A stretch of 49,205 nucleotides of DNA from Rickettsiales bacterium (GTDB lineage: Bacteria > Pseudomonadota > Alphaproteobacteria > Rickettsiales > UBA1997), in contig JANRKR010000008.1 in assembly GCA_033763375.1 (NCBI GenBank), positions 1 to 49,205 of the forward strand, given 5' to 3'. Positions 8,462 to 17,874 of this stretch are shown here, piece by piece. The notes under the pieces were generated by a model. The model ran no database searches, had not been told where the DNA came from, and saw nothing but the letters and a program-made list of their open reading frames with translations. Position 1 is the stretch's first letter. Each line of letters opens with the position of its first letter. The translations under genes and the position numbers were made by a program.

Positions 8462-9010
8462 ATGCCAAGAGCCTCTGTTATTGCTAAAAATTATGCTAAA
8501 GCTCTTTTTGTAGCGACTAAAAAAAATAACTCTTTAGACAAAATTGCCTTAGAGTTAGAAGAATTTAGAAAAAATTTTAACTCCAGTTTTGCTCATGAAT
8601 TGCAAAATCCGGTAATTTCAAAAAGCGAGCTTGAACTTGTGATGGAAGAAATCACCAAAAAACTTGCCTTAAGTAAAATTACTTGCGACTTCTTCATGGC
8701 GGTAGCACGCAATCGTCGTTTAAGTATGTTTCCAGAAATTCATTCTGAATTTTGTCACTTGGTTAAAAAATACAAAAACATTCTTGAAGTTGAGGTAATA
8801 TTTGCTTCTAAGCCTTCAAAATCGCACTTTGAACAAATCAAATCTTTAGTTGAAAAAAGACATGTCGGAAAAATTATTGAGATCAAAGAAACTTTTAACG
8901 CTAAAATTTTAGGTGGATTTCAAGTAAAAATTGGTTCAGATATTATCGATGTAAGTCTGAAAAATCAGCTATTTAACCTTGAAAAACAATTAAACGAAGC
9001 AATTCAATAA
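8462..9010 (+). CDS. atpH: F1 ATP synthase subunit delta (OSCP)
   Basis: 182 aa lying immediately upstream of atpA. The N-terminal NYAKALF and C-terminal [22 protein letters not shown] patterns are typical of delta subunits. Confidence 0.8.
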   Translation: MPRASVIAKNYAKALFVATKKNNSLDKIALELEEFRKNFNSSFAHELQNPVISKSELELVMEEITKKLALSKITCDFFMAVARNRRLSMFPEIHSEFCHLVKKYKNILEVEVIFASKPSKSHFEQIKSLVEKRHVGKIIEIKETFNAKILGGFQVKIGSDIIDVSLKNQLFNLEKQLNEAIQ

Positions 9011-9029
9011 TAATCAAAAATCAATAAAT

Positions 9030-10619
9030 ATGGAATTTAGAGTTGAAGAATTTTCCAACGTTTTACAAAAAAAAATCGAGAATTTTAAAACCGCTGCCGA
9101 ACTAAAAGAAGTTGGTGAAGTAATTAAAATCGGCGACGGAATTGCCAAAGTTTATGGTTTGGATAATGTTAAAGCCGGAGAATTGGTTGAGTTTGAATCT
9201 GGCGTTAAAGGCATGGCGCTTAATCTTGAAACCGACAATGTTGGTATTGTGGTTTTTGGCAATGCCAGTGAAATTAAAGAAGGTTCGTCAGTTAAAAGAA
9301 CCGGTAAAATTGTTGAAATTCCGGTTGGCAAAGGTCTTTTGGGACGCGTAATTGATGCACTTGGAAATCCAATCGATGGTAAAGGCGCCTTGCAAGATGT
9401 TTCTTATGCGCGCGTTGAAATTAAAGCTCCAGGAATTATCGCACGTCAATCAGTTTCTGAACCTATGCAAACTGGTATTAAAGCTATTGACAGTTTAATT
9501 CCGATTGGTCGTGGTCAAAGAGAATTAATTATTGGCGATCGTCAAACCGGCAAAACAGCAATTGTGCTTGATACTTTCATCAATCAAGCCAAAGCCCATG
9601 CTGAAAATGATGAAAAGAAAAAACTATTCTGCATTTACGTTGCAATTGGTCAAAAGCGCTCAACAATTGCCCAAATTGTTAAAACTCTTGAAGATGCAGG
9701 CGCCATGAAATATTCAGTTGTAGTTTCTGCAACCGCTTCTGAAAGTGCAGCGCTGCAATTTTTTGCACCTTACACTGGCTGCACAGTTGGTGAATATTTC
9801 CGCGATAATGGCATGCATGCTTTGGTAGCTTATGACGATTTAAGTAAACATGCGGTTGCTTATCGCGAAATGTCTTTATTGTTGCGTCGTCCACCAGGAC
9901 GCGAGGCTTATCCCGGCGATGTATTTTACGTTCATTCACGCTTGCTTGAACGCGCTGCCAAAATGTCTGATGCTTGCGGTGGCGGTTCCTTAACTGCACT
10001 TCCAATCATCGAAACTCAGGCTGGTGACGTTTCAGCTTATATTCCAACCAATGTTATTTCAATTACTGACGGTCAAATTTTCTTAGAAACTGAACTTTTC
10101 TACAAAGGCATTAAACCAGCAGTTAACGTTGGTTTATCGGTTTCGCGCGTTGGATCTGCGGCTCAAACCAAGGCTATGAAACAAGTGGCGGGAACGATTA
10201 AACTTGATTTGGCGCAGTTTCGTGAATTAGAAGCTTTTGCCCAATTCGGCTCAGATCTTGATGCCGCAACACAAAAATTACTTGATCGCGGTCGCAAATT
10301 AACTGAACTTTTAAAACAAGATCAATATTCACCAATGGGTTTTGAAGAACAGGTTGCCTCAATTTACGTTGGCGTTAAAGGCTTCTTGGATAAAGTTCCA
10401 ACCAAAGAAGTAGTAAAATTTGAAAAAGAGTTTTTACGTAAACTTCATAACTCACATCCAGAAATTTTAGCATCAATTAAACAAGAGCAAAAAATTACTG
10501 AAAGCAATGAAGCGGCTCTAAAAAAAGCTATTACTGAATTTTTAGAAATTTTTTTAAATCATGCCCCAAGTCCGCATTTTGATCACGTCGGCTTGAATGA
10601 TCGCTTGATTCACTCTTAA
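9030..10619 (+). CDS. atpA: F1 ATP synthase subunit alpha
   Basis: 529 aa with Walker A GDRQTGKT, plus [32 protein letters not shown]. It carries a C-terminal extension of about 20 aa. Confidence 0.95.
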   Translation: MEFRVEEFSNVLQKKIENFKTAAELKEVGEVIKIGDGIAKVYGLDNVKAGELVEFESGVKGMALNLETDNVGIVVFGNASEIKEGSSVKRTGKIVEIPVGKGLLGRVIDALGNPIDGKGALQDVSYARVEIKAPGIIARQSVSEPMQTGIKAIDSLIPIGRGQRELIIGDRQTGKTAIVLDTFINQAKAHAENDEKKKLFCIYVAIGQKRSTIAQIVKTLEDAGAMKYSVVVSATASESAALQFFAPYTGCTVGEYFRDNGMHALVAYDDLSKHAVAYREMSLLLRRPPGREAYPGDVFYVHSRLLERAAKMSDACGGGSLTALPIIETQAGDVSAYIPTNVISITDGQIFLETELFYKGIKPAVNVGLSVSRVGSAAQTKAMKQVAGTIKLDLAQFRELEAFAQFGSDLDAATQKLLDRGRKLTELLKQDQYSPMGFEEQVASIYVGVKGFLDKVPTKEVVKFEKEFLRKLHNSHPEILASIKQEQKITESNEAALKKAITEFLEIFLNHAPSPHFDHVGLNDRLIHS

Positions 10620-10627
10620 AGAGAATT

Positions 10628-11518
10628 ATGGCAAATTTAAAAACTCTTAAAACCAGGATTAAATCAGTCAAATCAACACAAAAGATGACTAAAGCCATGA
10701 AAATGGTTGCAGCCTCACGCTTAAAAAAAGCTAAAAATGCTGTTGAAGCTTCGCGTCCTTTTGCTGAAAAAATTTATGAGATTGTTTCTGATTTGGCTTC
10801 AAACATCGCCATGCGCGATAATTTAAGCGAAAAATTTCCTTTACTTACCGGCACAGGCAGAAGCTCATCTTACTTAATTGTGGTTATGTCTTCTGATCGC
10901 GGGCTTTGCGGTGGTCTAAATGGCGCTACCGTAAAATTTACCAGAAGCCGCATTAACTCTTTAATTGCCGCAGGAAAGGAAGTTAAAATTATTTGTGTTG
11001 GCAAAAAATCATACGAACAGCTGCGCTTGCTTTATGGCAAAAAAATCGTTGACCAGTTTTTTGGCATTTTTAAAGGCGTAATTAATTATAAAAGCGCTCA
11101 GGAAATAACCAAAAAAATAACTGATCTTTTTGAAGAAAATGAATTTGATATTTGCGAAGTAATTTACAGCAAATTCAAATCAGCAATTGCTCAAGAGCAA
11201 ATCTGCAAACAAATAATTCCTGCTCAAATTAAAATCGATAATCCTAAAATTTCCGCCCTTGATGCACCAATTGATTATGAACCATCACAATCAGAAATTC
11301 TGCAAGATCTTTTGCCAAAGAATTTAACCACACAAATTTATAATCAACTTCTGGAAAATAGCGCTTCCGAACAAGGCGCCAGAATGGCAGCAATGGAAGC
11401 CGCCAGCAATAATGCCGGCAAAATGATTAAAAATCTAACCTTGGTTTATAACCGAACTCGCCAAGCCAATATCACCAAAGAATTAATTGATATTATTTCT
11501 GGCGCTAACACAGTTTAG
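10628..11518 (+). CDS. atpG: F1 ATP synthase subunit gamma
   Basis: 296 aa with N-terminal LKTRIKSVKSTQKMTKAMKMVAASRLKKA and C-terminal YNRTRQANITKELIDIISGA. Confidence 0.9.
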   Translation: MANLKTLKTRIKSVKSTQKMTKAMKMVAASRLKKAKNAVEASRPFAEKIYEIVSDLASNIAMRDNLSEKFPLLTGTGRSSSYLIVVMSSDRGLCGGLNGATVKFTRSRINSLIAAGKEVKIICVGKKSYEQLRLLYGKKIVDQFFGIFKGVINYKSAQEITKKITDLFEENEFDICEVIYSKFKSAIAQEQICKQIIPAQIKIDNPKISALDAPIDYEPSQSEILQDLLPKNLTTQIYNQLLENSASEQGARMAAMEAASNNAGKMIKNLTLVYNRTRQANITKELIDIISGANTV

Positions 11519-11524
11519 AAACTT

Positions 11525-12451
11525 TTGCAAAATCTGGGGCAACAAAACATCTGGTTAAATATTAACAAACCAATTGGCTATTCTTCAGCCAAAATTGTTG
11601 CTATGGTTAAAAAAATTACTGGCGCAAAAAAAGTTGGACATGCCGGAACTCTTGACCCTTTTGCATCCGGCGTACTTCCAATTGCTTTAAACAAAGCCAC
11701 CAAAACCTGTCAGTATATTGTTGATGCTCATAAAGAATATTTTTTTCGTATCAATTGGGGCGAGTTTCGTGATACTGACGATATTGAAGGCAAGGTTTTA
11801 TATTCAAGCTCAGCGCGACCAACTAACTTAGAAATAATTTCGGCTTTGCCCAATTTTGTAGGAAAAATAAAACAAATACCTTCGCGTTTTTCAGCAATAA
11901 AAATCAACGGACGCAAAGCTTATGAACTTGCTCGTCAAGAAATTGATTTCGCAATTAAAGAGCGCGAGGTAGAAATTTTTTCCCTGAAATTAATTTCTAA
12001 TTGCACTGAATTTGGCGAGTTTGCGGCAAAATGTTCAAAAGGAACTTATATTCGCTCTCTGGCGCGCGACATTTGTAAAAAAATTAATGTTTGCGGTTAT
12101 GTTGCAGTTTTAACAAGATTAAATGTTGGAAAATTTTCTTACGAAAAAACAATTTCGCTTGACCTGTTAAAACTGCTCACTACTTATGGCGCAGACTTTT
12201 TTGATGGCTCGCTGCTTTCTTTGCACGATGTCTTAGATTTTATGGTTGAAGTCAAGTTAGATGATCTGGATGCCGCTAAATTTAAAAATGGTCAGATTAT
12301 AACAATAAATTCACAATCTCTGGCTTTTCAAGCCTTTGACCATAATTCTTTTGCATCCACAACAAATATTGTTCGCGTCGTCAATAATGTTGAATTAATC
12401 GGCATTGCCAGTTTTACAGAAAATTCGCTCAAGGCGATTAATGTTTTTTAA
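11525..12451 (+). CDS. truB: tRNA pseudouridine-55 synthase
   Basis: 308 aa with the catalytic block KVGHAGTLDPFASGVLPIAL. It uses a TTG start 6 nt after the atpG stop. Confidence 0.85.
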   Translation: MQNLGQQNIWLNINKPIGYSSAKIVAMVKKITGAKKVGHAGTLDPFASGVLPIALNKATKTCQYIVDAHKEYFFRINWGEFRDTDDIEGKVLYSSSARPTNLEIISALPNFVGKIKQIPSRFSAIKINGRKAYELARQEIDFAIKEREVEIFSLKLISNCTEFGEFAAKCSKGTYIRSLARDICKKINVCGYVAVLTRLNVGKFSYEKTISLDLLKLLTTYGADFFDGSLLSLHDVLDFMVEVKLDDLDAAKFKNGQIITINSQSLAFQAFDHNSFASTTNIVRVVNNVELIGIASFTENSLKAINVF

Positions 12452-12475
12452 ATCACTTAAATTTAAGCACAAATA

Positions 12476-12760
12476 ATGTCAGAAAAAACAAAGCTAAAAA
12501 AAGAAGTAACTAAGAAAAAATTAATAAAAGACTTCGCCCACAATGACAAAGACACCGGATCGGTTGAAGTTCAATGCGCTGTAATTACTAAGCAAATTAA
12601 TAATTTAACTGAGCATCTAAAAATTCACAAAAGTGATTATTCTTCAAAAAGAGGATTGTTAATTTTAGTTGGCAAAAGAAGAAGTTTGCTCGATTACCTA
12701 AAGTCTAAATCAGAAAGTCGCTACGAAGATCTGATTAAAAAATTAGAAATCAGAAAATAA
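12476..12760 (+). CDS. rpsO: 30S ribosomal protein S15
   Basis: 94 aa with [49 protein letters not shown], collinear with bacterial S15. Confidence 0.85.
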   Translation: MSEKTKLKKEVTKKKLIKDFAHNDKDTGSVEVQCAVITKQINNLTEHLKIHKSDYSSKRGLLILVGKRRSLLDYLKSKSESRYEDLIKKLEIRK

Positions 12761-12844
12761 TTATAAAAGCTGTTTCATGATTGTTACTTGTTTGTTATTA
12801 CGCCAATAAAACTTCCCAAATTCTAATAATAAAAAGCTGAAAAT

Positions 12845-15163
12845 ATGTTTAATGTTGTAAAAAAAGAAATTAACTGGAATGGAAAAATCCTTTCCCTAGA
12901 AACTGGCAAAATCGCTCGTCAAGCCAGTTCAGTCGTAGCAAAATTTGGCAATAGCACAGTTCTTTGCGCGGTCACGGTTGCAAGCAGAGCCGCAGAAAAT
13001 GCCGACTTTTTTCCACTTACCGTCAATTACTTAGAAAAAACTTACGCTGCCGGCAAAATTCCTGGTGGATTTTTTAAAAGAGAAGCCAAGCCTTCTGAAG
13101 CTGCAACTTTAACTTCACGTTTAATTGATCGCCCAATTCGCCCACTTTTTCCTGAAAATTTTTACAATGAAGTCAATGTAGTTTGCACAGTTCTTTCATA
13201 TGATCCAACTTGCACTCCCGATATAATTTCTTTAATTGGCGCCTCCGCAGCTTTGGCAATTTCTGAAGCACCATTTGCTGAGCCTGTTGCCGGAGCACGC
13301 GTTGGTTTGATTGATGGTCAATTCATTCTTAATCCAAGCCAAGAAGAAATCAAAAAAAGCCAACTTGATCTGGTTGTCGCCGGAACAAAATCCTCAGTTT
13401 TAATGGTTGAATCAGAAGCGAAAGAATTATCTGAGGCACAAATGCTTGATGCGGTAAATTTTGGTCATCAGCAATTTCAACCAATCATTGACCTAATTTC
13501 TGAATTTGCTGCTTTAGCTGGCAAGAAAAAAATTGAAGTTGTCAAAGAAGATAATTCAGCTTTGAAAAAAGAAATTGCCGCTTTTATAGGCGATCGTTTA
13601 ATTGCCGCTTTTAAGAAAACTGAAAAGCAAGCTCGCGCTTCTGATTTAGAGCAAATTCAAAATGAAGTCGAAAGCAAATTTGTTAATGAAGAAATGGGAA
13701 TTTCTAAAAACAAAGTCGCTTCAATATTTAAATATTTAGAAAAAGATATTGTGCGTAACGATATCCTAAAAAATCACGCCAGAATTGATGGTCGCAAACC
13801 TGACCAAATTCGTCAGATTGAAATTGAAGTTGGTTTATTACCACAAGTTCACGGTTCAGCTCTTTTCACGCGTGGCGAAACTCAAGCTTTAGTTATCACA
13901 ACTCTTGGTTCTGCTAAAGACGAGCAAATGATTGAAGGTTTTGACGGCATGTCCAAAGAAACTTTTATGCTACATTATAATTTCCCACCATATTCAGTTG
14001 GCGAAACTGGTCAGTTAAAATCTCCAGGACGTCGTGAAATTGGTCACGGCAAACTAGCTTGGCGCGCTTTAAATCCAGTGTTTCCAGTCAATAATGAAAA
14101 TTTTTCATATGTTACTCGCGTAGTTTCTGAAATCACCGAATCAAACGGCTCGTCTTCAATGGCTTCGGTTTGTGGCGGCGCACTTTCTTTAATGGATGCT
14201 GGAGTTCCAATCAAAGAACCAGTTTCTGGAATTGCCATGGGTTTAATTAAAGAAGGCAGCAATTATGTTGTGCTTTCTGACATTATGGGCGATGAAGATC
14301 ATCTTGGTGATATGGATTTCAAAGTTGCCGGAACTAAAAACGGCATTACCGCATTACAAATGGACATCAAAATCAACGGCATCAATGCTGAAATTATGCA
14401 AAAAGCCCTTGAACAAGCTAATTTGGGAAGAATGCATATTTTGGATAAAATGGTTGCAGTAATTGGCGCTCCTAGAACCGAACTTAATTCCAACGTTCCG
14501 AAGGTTGAAATTATGAATGTTCCGCCAAAAAAGATTCGTGATATTATCGGATCACGTGGTCGCGTTATCAAAGAAATCTGCGCTGTCGCTGGAGTGGTCA
14601 TGGATGTTGAAGATGACGGCACTGTTAAAATCAGCTCAAACAGTAATGACGCCATTAAAAAAGCAGTTGCCATGATTGGTGAAATTATTTTTGAACCAGA
14701 AATTGGCGATATTTACGAAGGTCCGGTGGTTAAAGTTATTGACGCTGGCGCATTTGTCAGCATCTCAAATAATCGCGATGGCTTTGTTCATATTTCTGAA
14801 CTTGCTGAATATCGCGTTGATTTTGTAGAAGACGTCATCAATGAAGGCGATATTGTTAAAGTTAAAGTTATTGGCTTCGATAAAAAAGGTCGTCCAAAAC
14901 TAAGCTATCGCTGTGTTGATCAAAAAACTGGCGAAGATATTTCCGCCACTCTTTCGGTAAGACCGCAAGTTGATGAAAGAGAAGACCGCGGTGGCGATCG
15001 CAGAGACCGAAATGATCGTGATCGTAACGATAGAAGAGATCGTGATGATCACCGTGGTGGCGACAGAAGAGAAAACAGACGCGATGATCGTCGCGATGAC
15101 AGACGTGATCGAGATGATCGCGGCGGCGAACCGGTTAAAAAACGTCGCGGATTTTTTAGTTAG
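12845..15163 (+). CDS. pnp: Polyribonucleotide nucleotidyltransferase (PNPase) with Arg/Asp-rich C-terminal tail
   Basis: 772 aa with two RNase PH domains (HGSALFTRGETQ; ESNGSSSMASVCG), KH and S1 domains. An RD-rich tail of about 64 aa follows the S1 domain. Confidence 0.95.
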   Translation: MFNVVKKEINWNGKILSLETGKIARQASSVVAKFGNSTVLCAVTVASRAAENADFFPLTVNYLEKTYAAGKIPGGFFKREAKPSEAATLTSRLIDRPIRPLFPENFYNEVNVVCTVLSYDPTCTPDIISLIGASAALAISEAPFAEPVAGARVGLIDGQFILNPSQEEIKKSQLDLVVAGTKSSVLMVESEAKELSEAQMLDAVNFGHQQFQPIIDLISEFAALAGKKKIEVVKEDNSALKKEIAAFIGDRLIAAFKKTEKQARASDLEQIQNEVESKFVNEEMGISKNKVASIFKYLEKDIVRNDILKNHARIDGRKPDQIRQIEIEVGLLPQVHGSALFTRGETQALVITTLGSAKDEQMIEGFDGMSKETFMLHYNFPPYSVGETGQLKSPGRREIGHGKLAWRALNPVFPVNNENFSYVTRVVSEITESNGSSSMASVCGGALSLMDAGVPIKEPVSGIAMGLIKEGSNYVVLSDIMGDEDHLGDMDFKVAGTKNGITALQMDIKINGINAEIMQKALEQANLGRMHILDKMVAVIGAPRTELNSNVPKVEIMNVPPKKIRDIIGSRGRVIKEICAVAGVVMDVEDDGTVKISSNSNDAIKKAVAMIGEIIFEPEIGDIYEGPVVKVIDAGAFVSISNNRDGFVHISELAEYRVDFVEDVINEGDIVKVKVIGFDKKGRPKLSYRCVDQKTGEDISATLSVRPQVDEREDRGGDRRDRNDRDRNDRRDRDDHRGGDRRENRRDDRRDDRRDRDDRGGEPVKKRRGFFS

Positions 15164-15199
15164 CAAGTTCAAACCGCGTTTAAATTTGGTAATAAATCG

Positions 15200-15218
15200 A
15201 ATTTGCAACAGCGCCATT
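15200..15218. repeat. Family E solo copy (inverted): AATTTGCAACAGCGCCATT
   Basis: Its reverse complement, AATGGCGCTGTTGCAAATT, differs at 2 positions from the copy at 8330-8348. Confidence 0.75.
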
Positions 15219-15255
15219 ATGATTATTAAATCTTAAAATATGAATTATTGTGGAT

Positions 15256-15274
15256 GCGCCAATTCATTTGGCGC
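15256..15274 (+). terminator. GC-stem hairpin GCGCCAA-TTCAT-TTGGCGC downstream of pnp
   Basis: A 7-bp perfect stem lies 93 nt after the pnp stop. No T-tract follows it. Confidence 0.3.
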
Positions 15275-15294
15275 GAAGCAATTCAACTTAAATC

Positions 15295-15319
15295 CAAATT
15301 CAAAAATTTTTTGAATTTG
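15295..15319. repeat. Family D-like palindrome CAAATTCAAAAA-T-TTTTTGAATTTG
   Basis: It is a near-perfect palindrome sharing the CAAATTCAAA / TTTGAATTTG arms of family D. It lies 12 nt upstream of the BolA-family ATG. Confidence 0.6.
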
Positions 15320-15330
15320 AAAAAACATTT

Positions 15331-15564
15331 ATGCCGATCGCCCAAAAAAAATTAGAACAAATTTTACAAGAAAATTTCCCGAATGCGCAAATAAAAGTTA
15401 TCGCTTTGGTTGATGATGAAAATCATTATAGCGTTGAAATTTATGATAAAATTTTTGCTGGCAAAACTAGAATTGAACAACATAAGATGGTTAATAATGC
15501 TCTCAAAGAAATTCTTGGCGATGCTCTTCACGCCATGCAACTTAAGACTTCGTCAAATTTATGA
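15331..15564 (+). CDS. BolA-family protein
   Basis: 77 aa with the ...DDENHYSVEIYDKIFAGKTRIEQHKMVN..L..E....LHAMQLKT pattern of BolA. It has an ATGA overlap with the monothiol glutaredoxin gene. Confidence 0.75.
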   Translation: MPIAQKKLEQILQENFPNAQIKVIALVDDENHYSVEIYDKIFAGKTRIEQHKMVNNALKEILGDALHAMQLKTSSNL

Positions 15565-15881
15565 ATGCTTTACAAAAAATTCAAGAAACGGTTTCTAATA
15601 ACAATATTGTGCTTTACATGAAAGGCACTAAAGACTTGCCGCAATGTGGATTTTCTGCAACCGTATCTCAACTTCTAAAAAATCTTGGCGCTGATTTTCT
15701 TGATGTTGATGTGCTGCGCGACGCTGAAATTCGTCAGGCTATTAAAGATTTTTCCGACTGGCCAACAATTCCACAACTTTATATTAAAGGCGAATTTATT
15801 GGCGGCTGTGATATTGTTAAAGAAATGTTTCAATCAGGAGAACTTGCCACTTTATTAAAAGCTAAAAATTTAATTGATTAA
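15561..15881 (+). CDS. grxD: Monothiol glutaredoxin (Grx4 family)
   Basis: 106 aa with the CGFS active site (PQCGFSATV) and WPTIPQLYIKGEFIGGCDI. Confidence 0.9.
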   Translation: MNALQKIQETVSNNNIVLYMKGTKDLPQCGFSATVSQLLKNLGADFLDVDVLRDAEIRQAIKDFSDWPTIPQLYIKGEFIGGCDIVKEMFQSGELATLLKAKNLID

Positions 15882-15883
15882 TT

Positions 15884-16819
15884 ATGTCAGATCTTGCCAT
15901 TGAAATAGCCGCTTTAAGCAAGACTTACAAGAAATCAAAAAAATCCCCCGAAAAAATTGCTTTAAAATCAGTTGATCTAAAAATTAAGAAAGGTTCGTTC
16001 TTCGGTCTCTTGGGTCCAAATGGCGCCGGCAAATCAACTATCATAAATATCTTGGCTGGTCTGGTTAATAAAACCTCTGGCTTGGTTAAAATTGGTGGCG
16101 TTGATCTTGCTAAAAATCCACAAGCAGCAAAATTCAAAATTGGCATTGTACCGCAAGAATTGGTGATTGATCCGTTTTTTAACGTTTATGAAACTTTAGA
16201 AATTTACGCCGGTTATTTCGGCATCAAAAAATCACAAAGAAAAACCACAGAAATCATCGAAGCTTTGGGTTTAAAAGATAAAGCCAAATCCACGCCAAGA
16301 AGTCTTTCTGGCGGAATGCGTCGTCGGTTGTTGATTGCAAAAGCTTTGGTTCACAATCCCGAAATTTTAGTTTTAGACGAACCAACCGCAGGCGTTGATG
16401 TTGAACTGCGCAATCAACTTTGGAATTACGTCAAAAAACTCAATCAAGATGGCACAACAATTTTGCTTACCACTCATTACTTGGAAGAAGCAGAAGAATT
16501 ATGCGATGAGATTGCGGTAATCAATCATGGCTCAGTTATCGCCAATGACCGCAAAGAAAATTTAATGAAATTACTTTCAAGCAAAGAGTTAATTATCAAC
16601 ACCGCCAACGAAATTAAAGCTTCCGATCTGGCAATATTTAATGATCTGAATAGCAAAATTTTAGCCAAAGATAAACTTTCAATTACTTACGATCCGATAA
16701 AAATTGAGGTGGAAAAAATTCTACAAATTATTTCGGCTGCTAAAATTCAGATTAAAGATATCTCAACCAATCAACCCGATTTAGAAGAAATTTTTAAACA
16801 CTTAATTAAATCAAAATAA
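15884..16819 (+). CDS. ABC transporter ATP-binding protein (ABC-2/CcmA-like, C-terminal DUF4162-like region)
   Basis: 311 aa with Walker A GPNGAGKST, signature LSGGMRRRL and Walker B ILVLDEPT. No permease gene is adjacent. Confidence 0.85.
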   Translation: MSDLAIEIAALSKTYKKSKKSPEKIALKSVDLKIKKGSFFGLLGPNGAGKSTIINILAGLVNKTSGLVKIGGVDLAKNPQAAKFKIGIVPQELVIDPFFNVYETLEIYAGYFGIKKSQRKTTEIIEALGLKDKAKSTPRSLSGGMRRRLLIAKALVHNPEILVLDEPTAGVDVELRNQLWNYVKKLNQDGTTILLTTHYLEEAEELCDEIAVINHGSVIANDRKENLMKLLSSKELIINTANEIKASDLAIFNDLNSKILAKDKLSITYDPIKIEVEKILQIISAAKIQIKDISTNQPDLEEIFKHLIKSK

Positions 16820-16820
16820 A

Positions 16821-17744
16821 ATGAAGGATCTAATCAGCATAGATCAACTCAGGCTTGAAGATATTATTGAAATTCATAATCGCGCAGAAAAATTTCTCCA
16901 TTTACACGACGAAGAAAACAAAAAAAATTCAGCAAAAATTCTACAGGGAAAAATTCTGGTTAACTTTTTTTTTGAAAATTCCACACGCACGAGAACTTCT
17001 TTTGAAATTGCCGCAAAACGCTTAGGCGCTGAAGTTATCAATATCGACATCTCGCTTTCTTCCTTAAAAAAAGGTGAATCAATAATTGACACCGCAAAAA
17101 CAATCAACGCCATGAAGCCAGACTTCGTGGCAATTCGTCATAATTCTAGCGGCATTTTACACTTACTAAAAAAACATATTTCCGCTTCTTTAATTAATGC
17201 GGGCGATGGAACTAATGAGCATCCAAGCCAAGCGCTGCTTGATTCTTTCGTCATCAAACAACATAAAAAAAATTTTAAGAATTTAAAAGTTGCGATTTGC
17301 GGTGACGTTTTGCATTCGCGAGTTGCAAGGTCAAATATCAAATTACTTAAAAAACTGGGCTGCGAAATTCGCGTAATTACGCCGCCAACTTTAATCACTC
17401 GCGACTATCGAAATTGGCTAAAAGAAAATTGGAATATCGAAGTTTTTGAAATTTTAGCAGAAGGAATTTCTGGCGTTGATGTTATCATGATGCTGCGCAT
17501 TCAACAAGAGCGCATGCTTGGTTGCTACATTCCATCTTTATCGGAATATTTTAAACTTTTTGGACTTACTCACCAAAAATTACAAACAGCAAAAAATGAT
17601 GTTTTAGTTCTTCATCCCGGACCAATTAATCGCGAAGTAGAAATTTCTTCTTCCTTGGCTGACGATGAAAAATATAGTTTAATCTTAGAACAAGTTGAAG
17701 CTGGCGTTGCAGTTCGCCAAGCGATTTTAAAATTTTTGAGCTAG
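16821..17744 (+). CDS. pyrB: Aspartate carbamoyltransferase catalytic subunit
   Basis: 307 aa with the motifs ENSTRTRTSFE, EHPSQAL and LHPGPINR. The TAG stop lies inside a family-B repeat. Confidence 0.9.
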   Translation: MKDLISIDQLRLEDIIEIHNRAEKFLHLHDEENKKNSAKILQGKILVNFFFENSTRTRTSFEIAAKRLGAEVINIDISLSSLKKGESIIDTAKTINAMKPDFVAIRHNSSGILHLLKKHISASLINAGDGTNEHPSQALLDSFVIKQHKKNFKNLKVAICGDVLHSRVARSNIKLLKKLGCEIRVITPPTLITRDYRNWLKENWNIEVFEILAEGISGVDVIMMLRIQQERMLGCYIPSLSEYFKLFGLTHQKLQTAKNDVLVLHPGPINREVEISSSLADDEKYSLILEQVEAGVAVRQAILKFLS

Positions 17745-17874
17745 AGCCTGTTTTCAAACCTAATTATTCTCATATTTAGTTCTATTTTTGCTCTTTTTTT
17801 CACGAAATATTTTTAAAATATTTTCCGATATTATAAAAAATTTCATAAAAAAATCGCTAAAAAACAGGCTCTAG
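17741..17874. repeat. Family B MITE-like element: 14-bp perfect terminal inverted repeats CTAGAGCCTGTTTT / AAAACAGGCTCTAG around an AT-rich ~106-bp core
   Basis: The arms lie at 17741-17754 and 17861-17874. The pyrB TAG stop (17742-17744) is inside the left arm. Confidence 0.9.

Noticed and set aside
9679-10005. The track lists a 108-aa minus-strand ORF inside atpA. Similar shadow ORFs lie at 295-528, 1651-1968, 6344-6997, 14044-14673, 16874-17398, 18767-19090, 26028-26970, 27917-28556, 36470-37020 and 42694-43253.
   Set aside because: All lie antisense to, or out of frame within, strongly supported conserved genes. They have biased, low-complexity or Cys/Arg/His-odd compositions and no start context. 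They are typical shadow ORFs.
10560-10619. I asked whether the ~20-aa AtpA C-terminal extension ([20 protein letters not shown]) is a repeat insertion.
   Set aside because: The nucleotide sequence matches none of repeat families A-E, and modest C-terminal length variation in AtpA is common.
14900-15236. Two ORFs (105 aa minus strand, 88 aa plus strand) overlap the 3' end of pnp.
   Set aside because: They are alternative-frame or antisense readings of the repetitive GAT/CGT-rich RD-tail coding sequence. The PNPase frame is the one continuous with the S1 domain.
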